A DNA stretch of 32,000 nucleotides from an uncultured Opitutales bacterium (GCA_934613415.1 CAKTSY010000002.1:406709-438708), one strand, 5' to 3'; shown: positions 8,373-17,542, counted from the first letter of the stretch. Made by a program: numbers and translations. Notes: generated by a model from the letters alone, not told the origin.

Positions 8373-9344
8373 ATGAAGATGAAAAAATATGTATTGTTCG
8401 CGGTTGTTTCTGTCTTTGCATGCTGCGCTTTTGCAGGGCAAATCAACAAAGAGGCAAAGCAGTTTAAATATAGCACAACAATAGAAAAGGAGCGCCCGCA
8501 ACTAAACGAAGCCACAAAAAAGCTGATTGCGGCATATCGCAAAAACCCCACAAAGGAAAATTACAACGCGCTTAAAAAGCAGGTAGAGCTTAACTACGAC
8601 GCCGTTATTGCGCGCAAGCAGGCAAAGTTGCAGGAATTGAAAAAAACGGCAAAACATGCAAGCAAAATAGCCGAGATGGAGGAGATTGTAAGCGACGTTA
8701 TTAAAGACCGCCAAAACCGCATAGAGCAAAGTATGCGCCGTTTTACAGACCCCCGCTTAAGGCCTAACGCCCGCAGTGTAAGCGGCGGATTTTTGCCCGT
8801 GTTGGGCGCGGCGCAAAACGTTAACATTGCCTATACGCCCGTTACAAACGCGCAATTTGCAGAATTTGTAAAGGCGACAAACGCAAAAGCTCCAAAAGAT
8901 TGGCAAAACGGCGCAGTTGCTTCGGGTAAGGAAAATTTGCCCGTTGTAAACGTTTCGTACGAAACTGCGGTAAAATATTGCATCTGGCTTTCCGAAAAAG
9001 ACAAAGGCGCAACATACCGCTTGCCAACCGAAACGGAATGGGAATATGCCGCGGGCCACATGCCCAAAGACGCCGATTTTAACTGCGGCGTTCAAAAGTC
9101 GCTAAGCAATGTGTTTGCATACTCGAAAACGCTTTCGGCAAGCGGCGCAATAGATATGTGGGGCAACTGCTGGGAAATGACTTCTACTTGTGTAAGCAAA
9201 AACGGCAAAACGCAAATAAAGGTAAAAGGCGGCGCATTCGATTCGCCCAGAATGAGTTGCAGAACCGAATATAGAGACGAAACGCGCGATGCAAATTCGG
9301 CCTACGGCAATGTAGGGTTTAGGGTTGTGCGCCAAACCAAATAA
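8373..9344 (+). CDS. Secreted formylglycine-generating-enzyme (FGE/SUMF1) family protein with an N-terminal coiled-coil region
   Basis: Signal peptide present. The C-terminal half has TNAQFAEFV...PVVNVSYETAVKYCIWLS...YRLPTETEWEYAA...WGNCWEMT...GGAFDS...GNVGFRVV. Confidence 0.8.
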   Translation: MKMKKYVLFAVVSVFACCAFAGQINKEAKQFKYSTTIEKERPQLNEATKKLIAAYRKNPTKENYNALKKQVELNYDAVIARKQAKLQELKKTAKHASKIAEMEEIVSDVIKDRQNRIEQSMRRFTDPRLRPNARSVSGGFLPVLGAAQNVNIAYTPVTNAQFAEFVKATNAKAPKDWQNGAVASGKENLPVVNVSYETAVKYCIWLSEKDKGATYRLPTETEWEYAAGHMPKDADFNCGVQKSLSNVFAYSKTLSASGAIDMWGNCWEMTSTCVSKNGKTQIKVKGGAFDSPRMSCRTEYRDETRDANSAYGNVGFRVVRQTK

Positions 9345-9378
9345 GCTTATTACCCAAAAGCATTAAAAAACATTCAAA

Positions 9379-9408
9379 GCGTGCAAAGTTTATTTGCGCG
9401 CTTTTTTT
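9379..9408 (+). terminator. Rho-independent terminator after the FGE-family gene (overlaps the 3' end of convergent ogt)
   Basis: GCGTGCAAA (9379-9387) / TTTGCGCGC (9393-9401) with one G-U pair, followed by T7 (9402-9408). Confidence 0.6.
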
Positions 9409-9923
9409 GGCATTGTAAAGTGCGTTGTGTCTATATGCTCGGTTTTAAGCAGCTTTATTTTGTTTTCCAAGCCGCCGGCATAGCCCGTAAGGTTGCAGTT
9501 TGCACCCATCACCCTGTGGCAGGGAACTATAATAGAAATATTGTTTTTGCCGACCGCGTTGCCCACGGCCTGTGCCGACATCTTTTTTATGCCGCATTCC
9601 TTTGCGATTTCTTCGGCAAGGCGGCCGTATGTTGTTGTTTTTCCGTAGGGAATTTTCTGCAAAAGCTTCCAAACTTTTAGCTGAAACTGCGTGCCCGACA
9701 TCTTAATTGGAACCTTAAAATTCGGCTCTTTGCCCGAAAAGTAAATATCCAGCCATTTTTTTGAAAGGCTCAATATTTTCGAATTTTTTTCGGGAAGGCC
9801 TTTCAAATTGCAAGGGTAGTGTTTTTCGTCGGCAATCCAAAGCCCGCATAATGCACAGTCTTGGGCGGCTAAAAGCAGCTCGCCTAAAATGCAATCGTAC
9901 CTGCATAAAGAAATATTCAGCAT
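9390..9923 (-). CDS. ogt: Methylated-DNA--protein-cysteine methyltransferase (Ogt/MGMT)
   Basis: Active-site IVPCHRV, plus YGKTTTYGRLAEEI and GNAVGKN. I prefer the start at MLNISL (9923); the ORF-track start at 10010 is an alternative. Confidence 0.85.
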   Translation of the reverse strand: MLNISLCRYDCILGELLLAAQDCALCGLWIADEKHYPCNLKGLPEKNSKILSLSKKWLDIYFSGKEPNFKVPIKMSGTQFQLKVWKLLQKIPYGKTTTYGRLAEEIAKECGIKKMSAQAVGNAVGKNNISIIVPCHRVMGANCNLTGYAGGLENKIKLLKTEHIDTTHFTMPKKARK

Positions 9924-10171
9924 GCCCGAAATTTTTTTAATGGCAGGCACAATGGCAACAAAATTTTTATTTGTTGGTTTTACAAAAAATTTTTGTGTTA
10001 TTTCGCACAAACCCCAAACTTTTTAAGCTAAAAGCGAAAGTTTTTCGCAATTTTATGGATAGTTTTTTCCAAAAAAAAGCCACATGCAAAACTGCCAATA
10101 AAGCTGATAAATAGGCAGATTAATCGTTTTTTGTTGCAAATGGAAATTTTTAGCCCAAACTCTGGTCGTGT

Positions 10172-12550
10172 ATGAAAATATTTAAGCTTAAAAAAATGTT
10201 TGTTGCCGCAATTTTTGCGGTGCTTTGCATGGGGTGTTCCGATTTGCAAAAGGCGGATATTGCCGCCGAAAAAAAGGCGGTTGAGTCTGCATACCTATGC
10301 CCGCAAATGTACGAAACCGCAGATTTTGCCGAGTTTAAAGACGGCAAGATTTTTGCCACAAACGAAAAGTCGGCAAAAGAATACGACGTTATGTTTAAAA
10401 CAAAGCCCGTAAAATTTAAGCCGAACACGCACTATGTTTTTAATATGCTTTCCGACGTAAAATCGCTTAAGGGCAAAAGCCGTTTGCAGATTTTTATTTG
10501 GAAGATTGCGCCCAATAAAAAACCCGAATTGGTAATGGACATTTCGCAGCACGATAGCGACGGCGAATTTTTGCCGCGACGCGCCGAATTTTTTACGGGC
10601 GACGGCGACGCAAACTTTAAAATATCCTTTAACGCCGCGGGTAAAATTTCGGCAAAGGTTAAGGATATAGAAATTAAAGAGGGCAAAATAGAGACCTTTT
10701 ATGCCGCAACAAAAAACCCGAAGCCCTACAAGCTAAACCGCAAAACATTGCCTACGGGCGCAAGGGACTTTGTTGTCGATATGCCAAACAACCCGAAGGG
10801 CGCAACGGTTAACGCCGCCGATTTCGGCGTAAAAGCGGGCGAAAAAGATTTGATTACAAAACTGAACAATGCAATAGCCCACTGCAAAAAAATAGGGGCG
10901 GCAAAGCTTGTTTTAGACAGGGGCACCTATTATTTCGACGAGGAAAAGTCGGTTGAAATGAAGGGTATAAGCGACTTCGAATTCGACGGCGGCGGCTCTA
11001 CGTTTGTCTACTACAAAACAAACGGCAAAGTAAACAATATGAACATACAAAACTGCCAACGCATTAAAGTGCACAACTTTAATATGGATTGGGACTGGCA
11101 AAAGTCGCCGCTGGCAAGCATTGTAAAACTTGTTGCAATAAACGACAAAGGCAAAGACAAGTATGTGGATTTCGAATTTACCGAATACGACGACTTCCCA
11201 AAAAAAGACTGCAAAATAATAAATTTGTCGCTGTATAACGAAAAAACGCAGACGGTAGGCATGGAGGGGTCTTTCGACGTATATTACGATTTCGGCGTAG
11301 GCAACGAGGTTATAGTTCCGAAAAAGGAATGGCTAAAGGGCAATTTGCTTAGGCTGCATTTGCCCAAAATACATAAAAAATACAGGGTAGGCCAGTTCTT
11401 TAGAATGCAGCACTACTACTATACAATGGGCGGCATTCACATGAAAAACAACAGGCACCTTACGCTTGAGAATGTAAATATATGGTCGTGCTGCGGCTTT
11501 GCCTTGGCCGTTTACGACTACCAGCAGTATTGGCAGTTTAAAAACGTAAATATTGTAAAGCCCAAAAATGCCCATCGCAGAGCCATAACATGCACGGCAG
11601 ACCACTGCAACATAAGCAACACATTGGGCTTTTTTAAGATGGAAAACTGTGAAATTTCTTTCGGCGCCGACGACTGCATTAACTTTAACGACAAGTCGGC
11701 ATACGCCACCCGAAAAGACGACTACACTTTGCAGACCCGCGGCATGATGGGCTTTACAAAAAGCGCCTACAACAAGGGCGCAAATGTGGAACTAAGGCAC
11801 GACGATTTTTCGCCGGCAAACTATACGGGCAGGATTGTGGACAGAAAAGAAATAGACGCCAAAAAGGGCATATATTTGCTTTGCTTCGACAGAAAACTGC
11901 CAAAGGCGAAAAACACGGGCTTTGTTTTGTTCAACCGCAATTTCGGCACAAGGAATATGATTGTGCGCAACTGCTATTTCCACGACAACAGGGCAAGGGG
12001 CGTAATTATAGAGTGTAGCGACGTAACTTTGGAAAACTGCCGCTTTAAGCATAACGAGCACGGAGCCATGAAAATAGAGTCGGGCTACACAAACCACTTG
12101 TGGAGCGAGGGCTTTGGCGCAAACAACATAGTAATACGCAACTGCACTTTCGAAGACGGCTGCCCCGACGGCGTTGTAGACTACAAAAAGGCAAGGGATA
12201 TTTTTATAGGCTCGTATTCAAGGCGCAATTCGTTCCAATACCAAACAATGTACCCGATTGTAGACGGGCTTTTGTTCGAAAACAACACCTTTATAGACAC
12301 ATACGGTGTTATGGCAACGGTTTCGTCGGCGGGCAATGTTGTGTTTGCAAACAACACGTTTATTGCCAAAACGCCGCGCAAAAACGAAAAAGACTACAGG
12401 GGCTCTATCTTTGTGGCGTTTGCAAGCAATGTAAAGGTGGTAAACAACACTTGGGTGGAATCGCCTTTGGTGAAAACCCCCGGGGTGTTTGTAGACAAAG
12501 ACAAAGTTAAAGGCTTTGTTTTTGAGGGCAACAGGCTTGTAAAACCCTAG
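10172..12550 (+). CDS. Lipoprotein with right-handed parallel beta-helix (pectate-lyase fold); putative glycoside hydrolase or polysaccharide lyase
   Basis: Lipobox ...AVLCMGCSD. Segment VNAADFGVKAGEKDLITKLNNAIAHCKKIGAAKLVLDRGTYYF, followed by beta-helix repeats (NCYFHDNRARGVIIECSDVTLENCRFKHNEHGAMKIE, IVIRNCTFED, LLFENNTF, VVFANNTF). The exact family (for example GH110-like) cannot be set by eye. Confidence 0.7.
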   Translation: MKIFKLKKMFVAAIFAVLCMGCSDLQKADIAAEKKAVESAYLCPQMYETADFAEFKDGKIFATNEKSAKEYDVMFKTKPVKFKPNTHYVFNMLSDVKSLKGKSRLQIFIWKIAPNKKPELVMDISQHDSDGEFLPRRAEFFTGDGDANFKISFNAAGKISAKVKDIEIKEGKIETFYAATKNPKPYKLNRKTLPTGARDFVVDMPNNPKGATVNAADFGVKAGEKDLITKLNNAIAHCKKIGAAKLVLDRGTYYFDEEKSVEMKGISDFEFDGGGSTFVYYKTNGKVNNMNIQNCQRIKVHNFNMDWDWQKSPLASIVKLVAINDKGKDKYVDFEFTEYDDFPKKDCKIINLSLYNEKTQTVGMEGSFDVYYDFGVGNEVIVPKKEWLKGNLLRLHLPKIHKKYRVGQFFRMQHYYYTMGGIHMKNNRHLTLENVNIWSCCGFALAVYDYQQYWQFKNVNIVKPKNAHRRAITCTADHCNISNTLGFFKMENCEISFGADDCINFNDKSAYATRKDDYTLQTRGMMGFTKSAYNKGANVELRHDDFSPANYTGRIVDRKEIDAKKGIYLLCFDRKLPKAKNTGFVLFNRNFGTRNMIVRNCYFHDNRARGVIIECSDVTLENCRFKHNEHGAMKIESGYTNHLWSEGFGANNIVIRNCTFEDGCPDGVVDYKKARDIFIGSYSRRNSFQYQTMYPIVDGLLFENNTFIDTYGVMATVSSAGNVVFANNTFIAKTPRKNEKDYRGSIFVAFASNVKVVNNTWVESPLVKTPGVFVDKDKVKGFVFEGNRLVKP

Positions 12551-12576
12551 CATACAAAAGCGCAAAATACTATGCA

Positions 12577-12615
12577 AAGCGGCTCGGCCTTTAAAAGGGC
12601 AAAGCCGCTTTTTTG
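12577..12615 (+). terminator. Terminator hairpin between convergent genes
   Basis: AAAGCGGCT (12577-12585) / AGCCGCTTT (12603-12611), followed by a T-run to 12615. Confidence 0.55.
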
Positions 12616-12628
12616 CGTTTAGCTTGGG

Positions 12629-13147
12629 TTAGCCCATTGCTATGGTCAGCAAACTGTGGTAAAAATCGGCATACTCGCTTTCGCTTATTGGGCGTTGGGT
12701 GCTTAAAATTGCCATAGGGCACTTTGGCCCATTGCCGTAGCCTGGGTGGGCGTGCTTGTGCGGCGTTTCAAAAAAGCCGCAGCGTTTGTAAAAGCGCAGC
12801 CTTTTTGCCGAAATTTCGTCTACAACATAGTCTACTTCAAGCACAAAAATTTTGGGGCTGCCTGCCAAAACATCTTGCATAATTTTGCCGCCAATGCCGC
12901 AGTTTCGCATAGTGTCGTTTACTGCAAGGTGCTCTATATACACGCAGTTTTTAAAATCCCAAAACGACACAAACCCCAAAAGCGCGCGGTTTTGCGTATA
13001 GCAAAAAAGCGAAAATTTTTTGTCGGCTATTGCCTTTTGCAACTCGGCGTCTGTTCTTTGCTCGCAAATAGGGAAGCTTTTTTTGTAAAGCTCTAAAAAT
13101 TGCGGGTAAATTTGGTGCAGGGTGCTTTCTATCTTAATTTTTTGCAT
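12629..13147 (-). CDS. GNAT-family N-acetyltransferase
   Basis: 172 aa. Acetyl-CoA motif A: HLAVNDTMRNCGIGGKIMQDV (R-x-x-G-x-G). Confidence 0.8.
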   Translation of the reverse strand: MQKIKIESTLHQIYPQFLELYKKSFPICEQRTDAELQKAIADKKFSLFCYTQNRALLGFVSFWDFKNCVYIEHLAVNDTMRNCGIGGKIMQDVLAGSPKIFVLEVDYVVDEISAKRLRFYKRCGFFETPHKHAHPGYGNGPKCPMAILSTQRPISESEYADFYHSLLTIAMG

Positions 13148-13257
13148 GGAATGGAATATATATTCTTAATATCCGCAAAACTTGGTCAACAAGATTAAGC
13201 TAGTATGTTTGCCCAAAAAACCTTGCAAGAACTCGCATTTGCCCCTACGCTTTTTGC

Positions 13258-13926
13258 ATGAAAGCTATAATGTTTGCCTTGTCTTTTCTTGTGTATTTTT
13301 CGCTAAATGCCGCGCAATTTTTGGGGCAAAAGGGTGGCGAGTTTGAATTTTGCGAAACTTTAGAAATTGCCTATCCCGAAAATATGCCAGATTCCGAAAA
13401 GCCCGAATTTGCAAAAAAAGCCATAGCCCAAATAAATTCGCCTATTGTAAGGCAGCTTATTGTTTGGGCGGAAGGCGTAAAATGCGAAAGTTCAAAAAAT
13501 TTCACAAAAGATTACGGCAACTTGTCTGCCTGCGATATAATCGAAAAAAACTTTTCAATTTGCGTAGATAAAAAATTGCAAATCGCCACAGTGATTTTTC
13601 GCCACAAAAATAAGAACACCGCAAGTTTTATATGTTTTGACTTGGCAAGGGCTGCTGCTTTTCACTCAAAAAACGCATCTAACGAATGCCTAACAGCCCA
13701 GCTAGAGCTTACAAAAAAAGCCTACAAGCTTTTGGCAGAGCGCAAAAAACTTTTTAGCGAATTTAAACAGGCAAAGGCCGAAAACAATGCGCAAAAGGTT
13801 GCCGAGCTAGAAAAGAAATTGCGCCAAGAACCATTCTCGCGCGAAAAAACAAAACAAATAAAAGAACAATTTAAGACGTTTAAAAATGCGCCGCAATTTT
13901 GGCTGCTGCAAAATGCAAAGCCCTAG
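13258..13926 (+). CDS. Hypothetical secreted protein with a Lys/Glu-rich helical C-terminus
   Basis: Signal peptide MKAIMFALSFLVYFSLNAA. No family recognised. Its stop codon overlaps the stop of the convergent integrase fragment. Confidence 0.5.
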   Translation: MKAIMFALSFLVYFSLNAAQFLGQKGGEFEFCETLEIAYPENMPDSEKPEFAKKAIAQINSPIVRQLIVWAEGVKCESSKNFTKDYGNLSACDIIEKNFSICVDKKLQIATVIFRHKNKNTASFICFDLARAAAFHSKNASNECLTAQLELTKKAYKLLAERKKLFSEFKQAKAENNAQKVAELEKKLRQEPFSREKTKQIKEQFKTFKNAPQFWLLQNAKP

Positions 13927-14235
13927 TTAAAAAACTTTTCGGACTCAAAGCGCGAAATGTTGCGCATGTTAATGTAGCGACTGCATAAAAGCATTTGGTT
14001 GCTGTGCCCCATGTTTAGCTGTAGCCTTGGCAGGTCTTTAAAACGTTTGGCAAAAAAGCTGGCGTAGGTGTGGCGCAAAACGTCGGCCTGCCACGGCAAC
14101 GCTTTGCGGCTAAAACCGCTGTTTTGCCTTATGTTCTGCCAACGGCGTTCCCAGTTTTTCGGGCATATTTTGCCAAAACCTGTGCCACGCGTAAAAATCA
14201 CCCGCAAACCCTTTGTTTATCCCGTAATCTTCCAT
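13923..14235 (-). pseudogene. Tyrosine recombinase (phage integrase family), C-terminal fragment only
   Basis: ORF 13923-14207 reads ...CPKNWERRWQNIRQNSGF...WQADVLRHTYASFF...LNMGHSNQMLLCSRYINM, i.e. the catalytic box II region (LRHT / GHS / Y) only. A second frame, starting at an SD-preceded ATG at 14235-14233, overlaps it (MEDYGINKGFAGDFYAWHRFWQNMPEK...). About two thirds of a normal integrase is missing. Confidence 0.7.
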
Positions 14236-14305
14236 AATCTCCCCCTATATCCCGTTATTCAAACCTTCTGTCACTGATCATTGTGGAGCGGATTGGCGGC
14301 GAATG

Positions 14306-14341
14306 GGCAAAAAAAATTTCACACGGGTTCGTGTGAAATTT
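14306..14341 (-). terminator. Strong orphan terminator-like hairpin
   Basis: 12-bp perfect stem AAATTTCACACG (14314-14325) / CGTGTGAAATTT (14330-14341) with loop GGTT. The stem is followed by a T-run only on the minus strand (plus-strand A8, 14309-14316). No minus-strand gene lies upstream of it. Confidence 0.45.
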
Positions 14342-14539
14342 AAAACGCGGAGAGAGAGAGGGAATACACTGAAATTCACAAGTCGTTTATTACCAGCAAG
14401 CAAATTTTAACGGCAAGCGTCAGTTGCATTTAGTTGTTTCATTCTTATTTAAGTAATTGTTTAATGTAGTAAAAAAGAGTCTATAACTTGACGTTCAAAA
14501 AAAATCTGCTATTTTTGAGATTGCGATAAAGAAAGAGAG

Positions 14540-15493
14540 ATGGCATCTAAAGACCTAAATTTTCAGATAGAATTTTGCGCTGATTCAAAAGGATATTTTG
14601 ATAGAAAATGCCCTAAATGTGGATTGATTTTCGGAATAAAGTTAGCGGATTACAAATTACATAAAGGCAATATATTTTGCCCAATGTGTGGTTATTCGGA
14701 ATCTTACAATAATAAAATATGGTTTACAGATAGACAAATATCTGAGATGAATGATCGAATTCGCAAACAAGCTACAGAATGGATTCACGATCGATTTAAT
14801 GCTATTTTTAACAAATATCGGCATAATAGGAACGATATTATCAGTATATCGTATAAGCCAGAAAGACGTCCTATATTTAAAAATTATCCAATTTTACAAC
14901 CCAAAGAGTGGGATATAGAGATAAAATGTCAAAAATGCGGAAAGTCCTATAGTGTTATTGGGTCTGCTTTTTTCTGTCCGTTTTGTGGAGAAAACAATAT
15001 AGAAGATATCTTTGAAAAGTCACTTATTGTAATTCGCCATAAGTTAAATTTTGAAAAAATATTTTATCATGACCTAAATAATATGACAGGAAATGTCGCA
15101 ATTGATTTTTCCAGATCTATTTTGGAACATTGTATATCTGAAGTCGTTTCATGTTTTCAGAAATTTGCTGAAACAATATTAAAAAACTTCACTCAAGATC
15201 CTATACGTGTAAACGATTTTCAAATTATAAGAAGAGGGAATGAATTGTATGATAAATATACTGGGCATTCATATTTAGATTATATTTCCAAAGAAGAATT
15301 ACAATTTCTGGAGATTATGTTTAAACGTAGACACCTATTGGAACATAATATGGGAATTGTTGACGAAAAATATATGAATGGAGTCAATGATTTTTCGGTT
15401 AAAGTAGGGCAAAGACTTATTGTAAACAAACAAGAAGTATCAAGATTTATTGATATTATAGAAAAACTTGGATTGGGATTAAAAACTATATGA
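14540..15493 (+). CDS. Uncharacterised protein: two CxxC...CxxC zinc ribbons plus a helical C-terminal domain with an Rx4H (HEPN-like) motif
   Basis: 317 aa. Cysteines C24/C27/C47/C50 (CPKC...CPMC) and C130/C133/C146/C149 (CQKC...CPFC). The C-terminal ~165 aa are predicted helical, with FKRRHLLEHNMGIVDEKY (R264-x4-H269). A possible sigma70-like promoter is TTGACG (14488-14493), a 16-nt spacer, then TATTTT (14510-14515). Confidence 0.6.
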   Translation: MASKDLNFQIEFCADSKGYFDRKCPKCGLIFGIKLADYKLHKGNIFCPMCGYSESYNNKIWFTDRQISEMNDRIRKQATEWIHDRFNAIFNKYRHNRNDIISISYKPERRPIFKNYPILQPKEWDIEIKCQKCGKSYSVIGSAFFCPFCGENNIEDIFEKSLIVIRHKLNFEKIFYHDLNNMTGNVAIDFSRSILEHCISEVVSCFQKFAETILKNFTQDPIRVNDFQIIRRGNELYDKYTGHSYLDYISKEELQFLEIMFKRRHLLEHNMGIVDEKYMNGVNDFSVKVGQRLIVNKQEVSRFIDIIEKLGLGLKTI

Positions 15494-15620
15494 AGAGCAT
15501 ATAGCCAACTTTTTTACAAGTATAATTCCAGTCAATTTTATTAAAATAAAGAGAAGACTTGAAATATATCTTGTAAAGTTCTAATCTATTTAGGTTATGT
15601 AATATTGAAGGAGTTTGAGT

Positions 15621-16452
15621 ATGGCAAAAAAAGAACCAGTCGAATAGGTTAACATCACAACAAAAAGAAAATAAGGGTGTTATCGGTATTTTTGGAGATG
15701 AAGCAAAATCTCATGATAACTTAGTCAGTAGTGTATCAAGAATAGCCTTAAATAAGCTACAGAAGAAATATCCTACACTTTCTTTCCGCTACAGAACAAG
15801 CGTAAGTAAGTTGGAAATAAACAAAGCTTTACAAGAACTTGATAAGGATTTAGGGGGAACTTTGTTTGTACCAGATTCAAATATAAAACCCGACGGTGGA
15901 TTGATAGAAGTAAAAGACGATAATGGGTGTTGGCGAGTAGTTCTTGTTTCAGAGGCCAAACATCAAGGAAAAGATATAGAGAACATACAAAAAGGTATAA
16001 AAGTAGGGGTAAAAGATAACCAAGATTTTATGGTCGCAGGAAACGCGATAGAGCGTTCCCATAAGAATATATCTGAAATTGCTAATCTCATGCTTAAAGA
16101 AGCATATTTCCCTTATGTTCTCTTTTTGGAAGGTTCTAATTTTCTCACCGAAAATATTACCGTGAAAAGGCCAAATGGCGAAGAGTTGAAGATTATCTAT
16201 AATACAGGTTCTCTAAATAGATTAGATAGGCTCACATCCGCAAATTATGGAATGCCAATAAATAAGAATCTATGTAAAAACAAATTTGTAATATCAAATA
16301 ATCAAACTATTATGTTGCAAGCAGCTTCAATTTATACCGAAGGTAAAGGTGGACATTGGAATGAATCTAAAATGCTTCCAATTATGCTGGAAATAGCGGA
16401 AACTTCAATTAAGATGTTAGCCTCCGAATTGTTTAAACAACTCACAAAATAA
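15621..16452 (+). CDS. EcoRI/RsrI-family Type IIP restriction endonuclease; start codon out of frame with the body at an A7 run (as assembled)
   Basis: The body reads KPDGGLIEVKDDNGCWRVVLVSEAKHQGKD...MVAGNAIERSHKNISEIANLMLKEAYFPYVLFLEGSNFLTENI...LNRLDRLTSANYGMPINKNLC...IMLQAASIYT. It is colinear with R.EcoRI, including the PD...EAK motif and the AGNAIERSHKN recognition segment. Homology continues upstream of the ORF-track start, to codon 15622 (..QKKNQSNRLTSQQKENKGVIGIFGDEAKSH..YPTLSFRYR..). The ATG at 15621 has a GAAGGAG SD (15607-15613) but is one frame off. Confidence 0.85.
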
Positions 16453-16454
16453 AT

Positions 16455-17404
16455 ATGGCTATTCACAACAAGTCGCACAGTAATTCTGGTTTAATGGCAA
16501 TAAACCGAATGAATAAGAATAATATTAAGCATAAGTCTAGTGTTGATTTTAAATCTCCAGACCATACGAATTGTATTCTTCTCAACAAAGATTGTTTGGA
16601 ACTTCTAAGAACATTACCTAATGATTCTGTTCAATTGATATTGATTGACCCACCATATAATTTAGATTTGGCCGATTGGGATACTTATGACAACTATATG
16701 GAGTGGGCGTCGAAATGGATAAATGAATCTTATCGAGTTTTGTCAAAAAATGGAAGTATGGTTATTTTTGGAGGAACACAATTCCAAGATGATCGTAGAG
16801 GAGACTTAATTGAAATCATTTATTATTGTAGACATCATACGAAATGGCGTCTTGTAAATACGATTATTTGGTATTATAAAAATGGAATGTCCGCTCATAG
16901 ATATTTTGCAAATCGCCATGAAGAAATTGTTTGGTTCACAAAAACAGATAAGTATTACTTTGATTTAGATGCTGTTCGTCTAAAATATTCACCAAAAGAT
17001 TTGGAACTTGCATTGAAAGATAAACGATTAATCCCTGAAAATGTTATGAAGGGTAAGAATCCTACAAACGTATGGGAAATAGGGCGACTGAATGGTAATT
17101 CATTAGAACGAGTCGGCCATCCGACCCAAAAACCACTGGAGGTTATTAGAAGATTAATCAAAGCATTATCTTATCCCGATTCTGTTGTGTTAGATTTTTT
17201 TCAGGTAGCGGTACAACTGGTCGCGTATGTATCGAGGAAAAGCGAAACTGTATTATGTGTGATACCGATCCAGAATCTCAAAAATATTTTTGTAAACATA
17301 TTGAAAATATGAAAAAAACAAGTTTAGCAAATCCTTTTATTAGGGTAAATAATCTTGATGATTTCTTTTCTGATATAAAGAAACGTCAAGATTTTTATAA
17401 ATGA
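16455..17404 (+). CDS. Beta-class N6-adenine (or N4-cytosine) DNA methyltransferase, M.RsrI-like; frameshifted at a T7 run just before the SAM-binding motif (as assembled)
   Basis: SVQLILIDPPYNL (motif IV) comes first, then NRHEEIVWFTK and LERVGHPTQKP. At T7 (17195-17201) the ORF reads VLDFFQVAV... and stops at 17312. One extra T gives VLDFFSGSGTTGRVCIEEKRNCIMCDTDPES... (motif I FxGxG), ending at TGA 17402-17404. It starts 2 nt after the endonuclease stop. Confidence 0.85.
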
Positions 17405-17542
17405 TTAAATATGTTTTTAAAAGCATCGCCACTTTAAAATGTCCGAGACACTGTTGCAGGGCAGTTGCTGTTTTCGTGCCATTTGGTTTTATGTTGAACC
17501 CTGTTTTGCATATACTTATATTTTTGCGCGGGCGGATACAAG

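Noticed and set aside
14314-14341. GGGTTCG-containing hairpin, considered as a tRNA T-arm or tRNA fragment (a typical integration target).
   Set aside because: The loop is 4 nt rather than 7. The stem is 12 bp rather than 5. No acceptor, D or anticodon arms could be built around it.
14349-14362. (AG)5 dinucleotide run.
   Set aside because: It is too short to count as a meaningful microsatellite, and it is in non-coding DNA with no adjacent feature.
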